From a virus (lineage: Duplodnaviria; Caudoviricetes), in the IMG/VR virus record IMGVR_UViG_3300025608_000513, positions 1-34,574 of that record: a stretch of 34,574 bases of DNA, one strand, 5' to 3'. The notes beneath the pieces are model-generated. The model was not told the origin of the DNA, did not search any database, and saw only the letters and a list, made by a program, of their open reading frames with translations. Numbering within the stretch: the stretch's first letter is position 1; each line of letters begins with the position of its first letter. This document shows positions 1 through 8,409 of this stretch, piece after piece. The position numbers were made by a program, and so were the translations under genes.

Positions 1-634
1 TATCACCACGCAACAGTGCCGCTATCATTCTACCTACGCCAAATATTACATCTCCATTGACCATAACACTTGGCTTGGCTGTTGCCGCAGGCATTTCTGC
101 ATACTTAAAAAATCTATCTGGATTTCTATCGTAAACAGTGCCACTTTTAAACTCTGTTCCGTAGCGTTTATTAATAGCGTCAACTACTGGTTGCGGAGTT
201 CTTGATATTGACCCTTTCATCCACGGCTCGTTTAACAGTGCTTTTGCACTTACTTCCACAGGTGTTTTACTGGTTAGACGCAGTTTTGTATACACGTCTA
301 TGTCTTCTTGATCCGGATTAGGACGCTCGTCTATAAACTCCTGTGCCAGTTCTGTTGGCAAGGTGCGTATCCACTCACTCCATTCTTCGGGGGTGTTTTC
401 AAGTGCTGTATCTATGTTAATAGCACCCATTTTATCTTCAGCAAGACCTAAGTTAAACAATACATTAGTTGATTTACCTTTTACTTTCTTGCTTAGTGTA
501 GGTGGACGTCCGTCTCGGTCTACACTATTACCAAACTTTTTAGCCTGTGTTTTGATTTCATCAGGTCCTACATCGACGGTTTGATTCTGTTTGGTAATGC
601 GTCCAACACCTTCAGTTAACTCCCTCAGTCTCAT
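1..634 (-). CDS. Partial (runs off window start) hypothetical protein, putative head/internal protein with possible ParB/Srx-like C-terminal segment
   Basis: Not in the ORF track. Manual translation from ATG 634 (ATGA overlap with upstream stop) gives MRLRELTEGVGRITKQNQTVDV...PSVMVNGDVIFGVGRMIAALLRGD, open to the window edge. Confidence 0.8.
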   Translation of the reverse strand, partial: MRLRELTEGVGRITKQNQTVDVGPDEIKTQAKKFGNSVDRDGRPPTLSKKVKGKSTNVLFNLGLAEDKMGAINIDTALENTPEEWSEWIRTLPTELAQEFIDERPNPDQEDIDVYTKLRLTSKTPVEVSAKALLNEPWMKGSISRTPQPVVDAINKRYGTEFKSGTVYDRNPDRFFKYAEMPAATAKPSVMVNGDVIFGVGRMIAALLRGD

Positions 635-1050
635 TGGGTTCGATCCTTGTCATCGATTGCACCACCACTAACCCAGGCAGTACAACTACGTGTACCTGCA
701 CATTTGAAGTGAAGGAAGTTGCAGTAACCCAAGTCTGCTTTATGGATTGTAGCCATTGCATCAGCGTCTTTTTCATCGCCTTGTATACCTTTCTCGATAC
801 AGTCCCACATTTTATCACTAACATCAAATGCAGCACAGTTATTACACTGCATAGTTTTAGCAGTTGTTTCATCTATGCCCCATTTCTTAGCATAGTCTTT
901 CCAGTAATTACCTGGCTTTTCAGGATTTGCAGGACCGTACATATAATCGTCAATAGCTGTTTGGCGATTTTTAAGATTTACGTCGATATCTTGTGTAGCG
1001 ATAGGACAGCCTTTGTTTGCTGCTTCTATGAGATTGATGTAAGATCTCAT
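631..1050 (-). CDS. Cys-rich hypothetical protein, possibly metal/Fe-S binding (HiPIP-like spacing)
   Basis: 139 aa with 7 Cys, including CNNC...GYC...CTAW; ATGA-coupled at both ends. Confidence 0.75.
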   Translation of the reverse strand: MRSYINLIEAANKGCPIATQDIDVNLKNRQTAIDDYMYGPANPEKPGNYWKDYAKKWGIDETTAKTMQCNNCAAFDVSDKMWDCIEKGIQGDEKDADAMATIHKADLGYCNFLHFKCAGTRSCTAWVSGGAIDDKDRTQ

Positions 1051-1274
1051 TTCTTTTTACGTCCTCTAAATCCACGTGGCATGTTTTGATTCATCATTTT
1101 AGGCTGGCTAAACCAAAGTTCAAACCATTCTTTATCACCTGGCTTGATATTATCTTTGCGCATCTTCTCAGCATTTGCATTAGCAGCGTCACTGATATTC
1201 TCAAGAGTATACTCTGTGTAACCTTTGAATTCGTTTACACCAGCTAGTTTTTTGATATACTCAAGTTCGTCCAT
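1047..1274 (-). CDS. Hypothetical protein
   Basis: 75 aa, tightly packed in the operon, basic C-terminus. Confidence 0.75.
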   Translation of the reverse strand: MDELEYIKKLAGVNEFKGYTEYTLENISDAANANAEKMRKDNIKPGDKEWFELWFSQPKMMNQNMPRGFRGRKKK

Positions 1275-1277
1275 ATT

Positions 1278-2168
1278 TTATATATCCATCTTATTAGCCA
1301 TAGTGTCTAATGTTCTTGCGTCAACATGCATAAAACGTCTTGCGGCATCAGCAGCACTAATAGCTTCTTGCTTCATCATCTTTAGTGCCATTAGATATTC
1401 TTTCTTGTATACCTTCGAAGCAACAATCTTTTTTAGATCTTCAATTGGCGAACCTTCTTTGACCTTGTATTTCTTCTTCATTTTTTCTTCATCTGGAGAA
1501 TCGCCAAAGTACTTGTGTACAAGATCGTCTAGTTCGTTATGGAATTTGCCTTCGTCTTCTGGTGATACATCTTCTGCTGCTACAGCATCTTTAACGCCCA
1601 TACCTTTGCGTACAGCATCATACATAGTTTGTGCTAGTTTTTTATCTGGAACACCTTGAGCAAACGATTCTAGTTCGCCTTGTGCTGCTAGTGCTCGCAT
1701 CTTACTAGCACTCATGCCGCTTACATCATCAGCATCAGGATCGCGTTCGCCTGCACTTACTACTTTAATTGAATTAAATTTAAATGGTACGTTACCGCTT
1801 TTATCAGCTTTGCCGTTATATGTGTCAAACAGTTTTTGAAACCCGTCTACTCTATCACTACCAGCAATAAAGATAACGTCAGTATAACCTTGCGATTGTA
1901 AAAACTCTAATGCTTGTACAGGTGTACGAACTGCTTGATGTCCTACTGTAACATTTGGAAAGAATTGCTTTGCAAATTTAGCTTTGGTAGCAAAGTCTAG
2001 CGGATCAGTTTTAGGCTTTTGTGTGTGCGATAAAAAAAGATAGTGATCACCATTAATGCTAGTAAGTTTATCTACTAGTTTAGCGTGACCTACTGTTGGC
2101 GGGTTTAATCGACCAAATGCTAATACTGCTATTTTTCCTGGTGCTTCAAATAACTCTCTTAAAAACAT
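1278..2168 (-). CDS. HIGH-superfamily nucleotidyltransferase (cytidylyltransferase/NMN adenylyltransferase-like)
   Basis: FGRLNPPTVGHAKL (T/HxGH motif), AGSDR and MSASKMR (SxS/T-x-x-R motif), followed by a ~100-aa C-terminal extension. Confidence 0.8.
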   Translation of the reverse strand: MFLRELFEAPGKIAVLAFGRLNPPTVGHAKLVDKLTSINGDHYLFLSHTQKPKTDPLDFATKAKFAKQFFPNVTVGHQAVRTPVQALEFLQSQGYTDVIFIAGSDRVDGFQKLFDTYNGKADKSGNVPFKFNSIKVVSAGERDPDADDVSGMSASKMRALAAQGELESFAQGVPDKKLAQTMYDAVRKGMGVKDAVAAEDVSPEDEGKFHNELDDLVHKYFGDSPDEEKMKKKYKVKEGSPIEDLKKIVASKVYKKEYLMALKMMKQEAISAADAARRFMHVDARTLDTMANKMDI

Positions 2169-2177
2169 TACTTTTCC

Positions 2178-3272
2178 TTAGTTCGGCTGCCATCTGCTTC
2201 TTGGTACTAATTTAGTCTTAGTATCTAGTGCAACGTAGCCTTCTCCACCTCGTTCGCCCGCTGTTGACTGTTTAACGTCTGCATCGGCATCATCTAGCTG
2301 ATCGATAATATGATCTTTTGCTGCCATTACCTTTGTGACTAGTCCAAATATTGCCGGAAGTGCTTTAGGCATATCTTGATTCATTTGTGCTAGTTTTGCC
2401 TGTTGTCCTTGGCTTACTTTTGACGTTTTAAGCCAGTCAAAGAATCCAGTTTCAATATCGCCTAGCTTTTGCGCTCTGCTCATTTGGTTCATATAAGTGT
2501 AAATAATATTCGGCACATTGCTTAGGCCTTTTTGTCCTGCTAAGAATTGATCTATAACTTGTGCATTTTGTTTGGCCATAGTGCGAATTTCGTTTACTTC
2601 GCTTGTGTCAATTTTGGGTTGATGCGCTACGTATGTTTGACCTAGTACAACTACGTTTTCGTTGTTTAATTCTTTTACATCTGAAATGGGCGAGCCTGCT
2701 TTACTTCCAAATTCGTCGAATTTTGTATGTACTACAATACCAACTTGACTTCCAGCTATGCGCTTGCCCAGTTCACTATCTTTGCTTACAGTGTATGTAA
2801 CAAGATTAGGAGTAAAAACTACACTACCGTCTGAATCTTCATATGGCTTGCCTGGATGATACAGTATATCACCGTATACATAACCGCGGAAACTATCAGG
2901 AGTAGCGCCTTCTACAATATTAAAGATATCTGCCATTTCGCCTGCAAAGCGTTCACGCCAGTCTTCGCCTTTGCCTGTGCTAGTAATAAAGTTTTTTAGT
3001 TCGTCTGCACTGCCTGCCTTGGCACCTTTGAGCCAGCCATTCTTACCAACAAGAATAAATGTGCCGTCTTCGTCACGTCCCCAGTACAGCGTAGGATAAC
3101 CGTCCCATTTAATAGCAACGTCTGAGCTGTCTGAACCTAATTTTTCAAGAGTAGCAGCAGCTTTTTCAGCACCTTTACTCCCTTCAATAAAAACTAAATC
3201 TTCTAAGTGGTTGTATTCACGACCAACTTTAGCTGCTTCTGTTAATACTGTGCGGAACTCTTGAAAACGCAT
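2178..3272 (-). CDS. ATP-dependent ligase/capping-enzyme-fold nucleotidyltransferase-like protein (resembles phage DUF6267-type proteins, from memory)
   Basis: Motifs in canonical order: I KWDG, III YGDILY, IV GEGYVA, V TKLV; N-terminal HLED. Confidence 0.65.
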   Translation of the reverse strand: MRFQEFRTVLTEAAKVGREYNHLEDLVFIEGSKGAEKAAATLEKLGSDSSDVAIKWDGYPTLYWGRDEDGTFILVGKNGWLKGAKAGSADELKNFITSTGKGEDWRERFAGEMADIFNIVEGATPDSFRGYVYGDILYHPGKPYEDSDGSVVFTPNLVTYTVSKDSELGKRIAGSQVGIVVHTKFDEFGSKAGSPISDVKELNNENVVVLGQTYVAHQPKIDTSEVNEIRTMAKQNAQVIDQFLAGQKGLSNVPNIIYTYMNQMSRAQKLGDIETGFFDWLKTSKVSQGQQAKLAQMNQDMPKALPAIFGLVTKVMAAKDHIIDQLDDADADVKQSTAGERGGEGYVALDTKTKLVPRSRWQPN

Positions 3273-3610
3273 TACTCGTCACCTTTTTGTACTGCTGGAA
3301 CATCTTCGCCCATAATACGTTCTTTAACTTGTGCCATAATTTCTTGGTTAAACAGTTTCTTTTTATCTTTTGGAATATTGTATTTGCCACAATAATCGTT
3401 TACAGCATCTTGTAGCATAGGATCAAGTAGTTTTTCAAGACCTTTTTCTTCTTTTACATCGCCTGCAATCTTAACAATTGTAGGTAAAAAGTTCTTGCGA
3501 TAAAACATTTTGTCGTTGCGCATATGGAAGTGCAAATCGTCTACTACATCAAAGGGTAGATCATCATTTCTGTTTAGACTTACGTCATTAAATTCTACTA
3601 ATTTTACCAT
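3272..3610 (-). CDS. Hypothetical protein
   Basis: 112 aa, overlap-coupled with both neighbours. Confidence 0.75.
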   Translation of the reverse strand: MVKLVEFNDVSLNRNDDLPFDVVDDLHFHMRNDKMFYRKNFLPTIVKIAGDVKEEKGLEKLLDPMLQDAVNDYCGKYNIPKDKKKLFNQEIMAQVKERIMGEDVPAVQKGDE

Positions 3611-3975
3611 TTACGACAACTCCAATATCTTGCCTTGTGACGAGGTCCTGGATTATCGCAGTTGTGTCTTGCACGAAAACTTTTGCGTCTCGCAGGATTA
3701 CTCTTTTTAATTTTCATATCAGGGTCACCAAAGTTAACTTTAACTATGTTACCCTTTGGGTTCTTTACATATACTTTAAACTTCTTAACATCGCCACGCA
3801 TCGGCTTGCCTAGTTTAACTTTACGTCCTTGATATTCTGCTTCGTCAATTACGTCATCTTCGTTAAACCAAAGATCTCCGTATGCATGATAGAAGTCGTC
3901 GCCGTCATAGGTTTCTTCAACCCAGCGAGCATTTTCTTCTGCTTCGTTTAAGTATTGTTTAAAAGATTTTGCCAT
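3604..3975 (-). CDS. Hypothetical protein with acidic N-terminus and highly basic C-terminal domain (VNFGDP...SFRARHNC...ARYWSC), putative internal head protein
   Basis: 123 aa; first gene after the GATAAATA motif at 4000-4007; begins MAKSFKQYLNE. Confidence 0.8.
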   Translation of the reverse strand: MAKSFKQYLNEAEENARWVEETYDGDDFYHAYGDLWFNEDDVIDEAEYQGRKVKLGKPMRGDVKKFKVYVKNPKGNIVKVNFGDPDMKIKKSNPARRKSFRARHNCDNPGPRHKARYWSCRKW

Positions 3976-3999
3976 AGCGATGTTACCCTTTATATAGAG

Positions 4000-4007
4000 T
4001 ATTTATC
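4000..4007 (-). promoter_or_regulatory. T4-type late promoter-like motif GATAAATA
   Basis: Intergenic, ~25 nt upstream of ATG 3975; resembles the T4 gp55 consensus TATAAATA. Confidence 0.6.
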
Positions 4008-4015
4008 ACTTTTGC

Positions 4016-4279
4016 TTATACACTGATTTCGATGTCGAAGTCATCGTAGCCTAGATCAAATAGTTTATTTGCAACACGTTCAGCTACTTGGTCTGCTTCT
4101 TCTTCATTTAAGGCTTTGTGAGTTTCTACAGCAAGAACAGTTTCGGTTTCAGTTTCGTAGATTTCGATATTTGTTTCTGATTCAAGCAATGCAACATCAG
4201 AACCTGACATAACTGTTTCGGCTACAATTTCATCTACTTCTTCTTTGCCTTGCCATACAATGTTAATATAATGTTTCAT
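4016..4279 (-). CDS. Acidic hypothetical protein
   Basis: Start moved to MKHYINIV at 4279 (AGGA upstream; GATAAATA at 4306-4313). Confidence 0.7.
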   Translation of the reverse strand: MKHYINIVWQGKEEVDEIVAETVMSGSDVALLESETNIEIYETETETVLAVETHKALNEEEADQVAERVANKLFDLGYDDFDIEISV

Positions 4280-4305
4280 GCTCGTTCCTGTGTTTGCTGT
4301 AGTAA

Positions 4306-4313
4306 TATTTATC
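4306..4313 (-). promoter_or_regulatory. Late promoter-like motif GATAAATA
   Basis: Overlaps the upstream stop codon and precedes the 4279 start. Confidence 0.5.
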
Positions 4314-4983
4314 ATTTTTTAGGATCATACACATGCCTAACAACTCTCTTAAATCTATTGCCGCATGCTATTCCTGCAAGTTGTAGTATTCTAACATCTC
4401 TTACCCAAAAGTAAAATCCTCCTAAATATTGTTCATGTTTGATACTGTCTAAACAAGCTTCCCCAATTTTAATTTTGCTTTTATTTGCTTTTATAAAATT
4501 GTAAAATCCTGAAGAAGCAGTATCTGGGAGATATACTTGATATTCGTATGGTACTGGTTTATTGTGTATTACTACATTTGCATTATTTAATAAGAACTCT
4601 TTGTGTTCTTCGTCTCTAGGTTTGTGAAATTCTGTAACAAAAACAGAATTTAACAATGGTTCTAGCCAAGTTTCGTCGTTTGCATAGATAGTCATATCAA
4701 ATCCGTCAACACGTATTAAGTAATCGTGTGTAACTCTTTTAATATGTTCATATAATACGCATGCATCTTGGAAATCTTCAAAAGATATAGATGGCGAATA
4801 GACTCTAACAGGATGACGCAAAGGCAATCTTGCCTCTGCGTTTTGCTGTAACATGTCAAGTATCTTCTTTACATACGAATAATTTTTGCTACGGAATATA
4901 CTTGCAAGTGAATTATGAATTACGATCTTGCAAGTATATTTGTTGTAGTAAAGTTTATTAGTCTCAACCAGGCGATACTTCAT
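4312..4983 (-). CDS. Hypothetical protein
   Basis: 223 aa, overlaps the clpA 3' end; no motif recognised. Confidence 0.7.
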   Translation of the reverse strand: MKYRLVETNKLYYNKYTCKIVIHNSLASIFRSKNYSYVKKILDMLQQNAEARLPLRHPVRVYSPSISFEDFQDACVLYEHIKRVTHDYLIRVDGFDMTIYANDETWLEPLLNSVFVTEFHKPRDEEHKEFLLNNANVVIHNKPVPYEYQVYLPDTASSGFYNFIKANKSKIKIGEACLDSIKHEQYLGGFYFWVRDVRILQLAGIACGNRFKRVVRHVYDPKK

Positions 4984-7198
4984 AGGACTCCTTGACCTCT
5001 AACTGAATCGCATCATCTGCGTCAATAACCAAGTGTCCACCATTTTTAAGCCCGCCAAACAAAAGTTCTTTAGACAACGGAAGTTTAACATCATTGTCAA
5101 TTACACGCTGTAGTGGACGAGCACCCATCTTAGGATCAAATCCTTTATTAACCAAGTAGTCAATAGCATCGTCAGTTACTTCAACAGTAACATTTTTGTC
5201 TGTAAGCATAGTTTTTAGCTCTAACAAAAACTTACCAATAATTTTAATCATTGTGTTCTTGTCTAGTTTGCCAAATGTAACTACACCGTCAAGACGATTA
5301 CGGAACTCTGGTCTAAAGAACTTTTTAAATTCAGTGTCTTCATAGTCATTATTATCTTCTGATGCAAATCCAATAGTGTTCTTCTCTGCTTGTTCTGCAC
5401 CTAAGTTGGTAGTAAGGATAAGAATACAGTTGCGAGCATCTGCTTCTTTACCGTCTGAGCCAGTAATCTTACCATTGTCCATCACCTGCAACAAAATCTG
5501 TGCAACATCCGGATGCGCTTTTTCAATCTCATCAAGCAATAGTACACAGTTAGGATTCTCTTGTAAGCGATTGATCAACTGACCACTACCGTCATCGTGT
5601 CCTACATAGCCTGGAGGTGAACCGATCAACTTAGCAACACTATGTTTTTCTTGATATTCACTCATATCAAAGCGAATCAATTTAACACCTAAGTTGCTTG
5701 ACAGTTGTTTTGCAAGTTCTGTCTTACCAACACCAGTTGGACCCATAAACACAAAGCTACCAACGGGCTTAGTTTCTGTTTTAAGTCCTGCTTGTGCAAC
5801 AAGAATCTTGTCAACAATAGTATCAACAGCCGTATCCTGTCCGTATACTTCTGCTTTAAGATTCTTGTTAAGATCCATTAGATTGTTGCTTTCTTTTTGC
5901 TGAATATTCTCAGGAGGAAGATTAACAACTTTAGCAAGTTCGAACTGGATCTGCTCTGCTTCTACAATGCGTTCTTCTGCATCTTGAATCTTAAAGCGGC
6001 TACATGCAAGGTCGATTAAGTCAATTGCTTTGTCAGGCAATTTACGATCTGTCATATACTTGACGCTCAATTTAATTGCTTCGTCAATAGCTGCTTCGGT
6101 AATAGTAGTACTGTGATAGTCTTCGTAATACTTTTTAAGTCCTGCAAGAATATCTCGAGCAACTTCTTTGCTAGGCTCGTCTACACTAATACGCTGGAAT
6201 CGACGCATAAGAGCACGATCTTTTTCAAAGTACTTGCGGTACTCATCCCACGTAGTACTTGCAACAACTTTAATGTCGCCTTTGCCTAGTGCTGGCTTGA
6301 GCAAGTTAGCAAGATCATTAGCACTTCCGCCACTGCCTGCACCTGCGCCGTTGATCATGTGTGCTTCGTCAATAAACACAATACACTTGCCTTGCTTTTT
6401 AACAGCCGCAAGTACTAGTTTAAAGCGTTCTTCAAAGTCGCCGCGATATTTACTACCAGCAAGCATGCCGCCGATGTCTAGATTGTATACTTTATACTCT
6501 TGTAGGAAAGTAGGAACTTGTTTGTTTACAATCTTGTAAGCAAGACCTTCTGCAATAGCAGTCTTACCAACACCTGGATCACCTACTAGTAGAGCATTGT
6601 TTTTGCTACGACGACCTAAGCTAAGTGCAATAGTCTCAATTTCGTCTTCACGACCAATTACAGGATCAATCTTACCTGAATTGGCTTCTGCATTTAAGTC
6701 AGTAGTAAATGCCCGCAATGCTTTTTGTGCTGCTGTGTTTAATTCTGGATCGTCTAGACTTTCTTCTGTTTCTGTTTGAATAAAGCTAGAGAACTTTTCC
6801 TTTGTGATACCTGTGCGATTAATTTCGTAGTATGCCCAGCTCTTCTTTTCACTTAACATGCTTAAGAAAACGTCAGTCATCTCAATATGTGTACGTCCTG
6901 CAAACAACGTTTGTGTAAAGGCACGATTGAGAACACGTTCTACAGCCTGTGTTTTCTTAGGCTTGTATTTTGTTTGTTCTGTTTTAATATCATCAAGTTT
7001 AGTTTTAAGATAGTGCTCTAAGTTTTTCTTGACTAGCTCGTAGTCTGCACCATAAGTTTTTAGAACTTCTACAAACTCATCATGACATAGCATAGCAAAC
7101 AATAGATGCTCTAAGGTCACATATTCGTGGCTTAGTTTTTTAGCATCTTGAATTGCTTTTTCAAAAACATTTTGTAAATTCTCTGATGGTTCTACCAT
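4964..7198 (-). CDS. clpA: ATP-dependent Clp protease ATP-binding subunit ClpA
   Basis: Clp N-domain, two AAA+ modules (GDPGVGKT; GPTGVGKT), KYRGDFEERF pore loop, IGF ClpP-docking loop, GARPL; no ClpB middle domain. Confidence 0.93.
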   Translation of the reverse strand: MVEPSENLQNVFEKAIQDAKKLSHEYVTLEHLLFAMLCHDEFVEVLKTYGADYELVKKNLEHYLKTKLDDIKTEQTKYKPKKTQAVERVLNRAFTQTLFAGRTHIEMTDVFLSMLSEKKSWAYYEINRTGITKEKFSSFIQTETEESLDDPELNTAAQKALRAFTTDLNAEANSGKIDPVIGREDEIETIALSLGRRSKNNALLVGDPGVGKTAIAEGLAYKIVNKQVPTFLQEYKVYNLDIGGMLAGSKYRGDFEERFKLVLAAVKKQGKCIVFIDEAHMINGAGAGSGGSANDLANLLKPALGKGDIKVVASTTWDEYRKYFEKDRALMRRFQRISVDEPSKEVARDILAGLKKYYEDYHSTTITEAAIDEAIKLSVKYMTDRKLPDKAIDLIDLACSRFKIQDAEERIVEAEQIQFELAKVVNLPPENIQQKESNNLMDLNKNLKAEVYGQDTAVDTIVDKILVAQAGLKTETKPVGSFVFMGPTGVGKTELAKQLSSNLGVKLIRFDMSEYQEKHSVAKLIGSPPGYVGHDDGSGQLINRLQENPNCVLLLDEIEKAHPDVAQILLQVMDNGKITGSDGKEADARNCILILTTNLGAEQAEKNTIGFASEDNNDYEDTEFKKFFRPEFRNRLDGVVTFGKLDKNTMIKIIGKFLLELKTMLTDKNVTVEVTDDAIDYLVNKGFDPKMGARPLQRVIDNDVKLPLSKELLFGGLKNGGHLVIDADDAIQLEVKESYEVSPG

Positions 7199-7228
7199 TT
7201 AAAGTTCCTCTTTATTGATTTCTTATAT

Positions 7229-7257
7229 AGTATACAACTACTTAGTACTAAAGTCAA
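7229..7257 (-). promoter_or_regulatory. Sigma70-type promoter for clpA
   Basis: TTGACT (7257-7252), 17-bp spacer, TATACT (7234-7229), then a GAGG RBS. Confidence 0.8.
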
Positions 7258-7265
7258 CGCCTTAT

Positions 7266-8030
7266 TCATTTATATTTGTCAATTGCGTCCAAAAGATCTT
7301 GATTAATATTCTTAGGAATTTGTGCTCTTATTTTTACAAGTATCTTTCCCTGTCGACCTGTTCTTCCGCACGGCAGTCCTTTTCCAGGAATACTAAAAGT
7401 TGTATCTGGTTGTGTTCTTTGTGGTATTTTTAAACTGAAACGAGATCCGTCTGGTGTTTCAATTTCGACTTGTGTTCCTGTGACTAGATCAAATACATTT
7501 AATTTTTTAGTTGTTGTTAGATCTAATCCACTAATGCTATATTCTTTATCAGCAAGAACACGAATTTTTACAAGCAAATCTCCTCTTGGAGCACCGGGTA
7601 TCATATCATTGCCCATACCAGGATAACGCATAGTATCGCCTGTTTTTACTCCGGGCGGAACAGTAATACTTACAGTTTCAACACGCCCAGTAGGCAGTCT
7701 ATAGTTAGCAATAAGATCCTTACCAAAGTAAACGTCTTTTATGTTAATGTCTGCTTGTATAGTAAATGGAGGATTTTGTCTACGTCTCGGACCAAATCCT
7801 TGGGCAAATATATCTTCAAAATTACGACTATTAAAATGTGGTTGTGGGTTATCGTACTGCTGACGCTTGTTAGCATCACTTAATACTTCGTATGCTTCGT
7901 TAACCTGTGCAAACTTAGTACCATCACCTCCACGATCGGGATGGTTTGCCATCGCAAGTTTACGATACGCTTTTTTTATATCATCTTGAGAAGCGTTTCT
8001 AGATACACCTAGAGTAGAATAATAGTCCAT
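7266..8030 (-). CDS. dnaJ: DnaJ-family (class B, CbpA-like) co-chaperone
   Basis: J-domain DYYSTLGV...HPD and a C-terminal DnaJ_C domain; no Zn finger. Confidence 0.88.
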   Translation of the reverse strand: MDYYSTLGVSRNASQDDIKKAYRKLAMANHPDRGGDGTKFAQVNEAYEVLSDANKRQQYDNPQPHFNSRNFEDIFAQGFGPRRRQNPPFTIQADINIKDVYFGKDLIANYRLPTGRVETVSITVPPGVKTGDTMRYPGMGNDMIPGAPRGDLLVKIRVLADKEYSISGLDLTTTKKLNVFDLVTGTQVEIETPDGSRFSLKIPQRTQPDTTFSIPGKGLPCGRTGRQGKILVKIRAQIPKNINQDLLDAIDKYK

Positions 8031-8035
8031 ACAGT

Positions 8036-8041
8036 TATTTA
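8036..8041 (-). promoter_or_regulatory. Late promoter-like TAAATA; probably gives a leaderless dnaJ mRNA
   Basis: TAAATA lies 5 nt upstream of ATG 8030 with no SD in between. Confidence 0.5.
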
Positions 8042-8073
8042 CCGCATGGACTATTGTATAAAGTTAGTACTGA

Positions 8074-8409
8074 TTACTCTTTGTTTTTGCGAATAGCATC
8101 AGCACCAAAGAATGCTGCAACCAATGCTGAAATAGCAACAAAGTATGTAGGAGCAATATCGCCTACAATACCTGCCGCTGTGTCTAAGCCCAAGAAGCTG
8201 GTTAGCACGATTGTGAATGGATATAGTAGCATACCAAATAGTGCAAACCAAGTCATGTTGCGCATTGCATCACGCTGTGCATCTTGATCCTCTAGTGCTT
8301 TTCTTTTGAATTCTAAGTGCATCGCCATTTCTTCTTTTGAAATGTGTCCGTCACCGTTTGCGTCCATGCCCTCGACTGCATCTGCGTCGATAGTTTTCTT
8401 ATCTGCCAT
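8074..8409 (-). CDS. Two-TM membrane protein with N-terminal EF-hand; holin candidate
   Basis: EF loop DANGDGHISKEE; two hydrophobic helices; located at the end of the lysis cassette. Confidence 0.6.
   Translation of the reverse strand: MADKKTIDADAVEGMDANGDGHISKEEMAMHLEFKRKALEDQDAQRDAMRNMTWFALFGMLLYPFTIVLTSFLGLDTAAGIVGDIAPTYFVAISALVAAFFGADAIRKNKE

Noticed and set aside
7242-7268. CIRCE/HrcA element upstream of clpA
   Set aside because: TTAGTACT only resembles one half-site; there is no second arm at 9-nt spacing.
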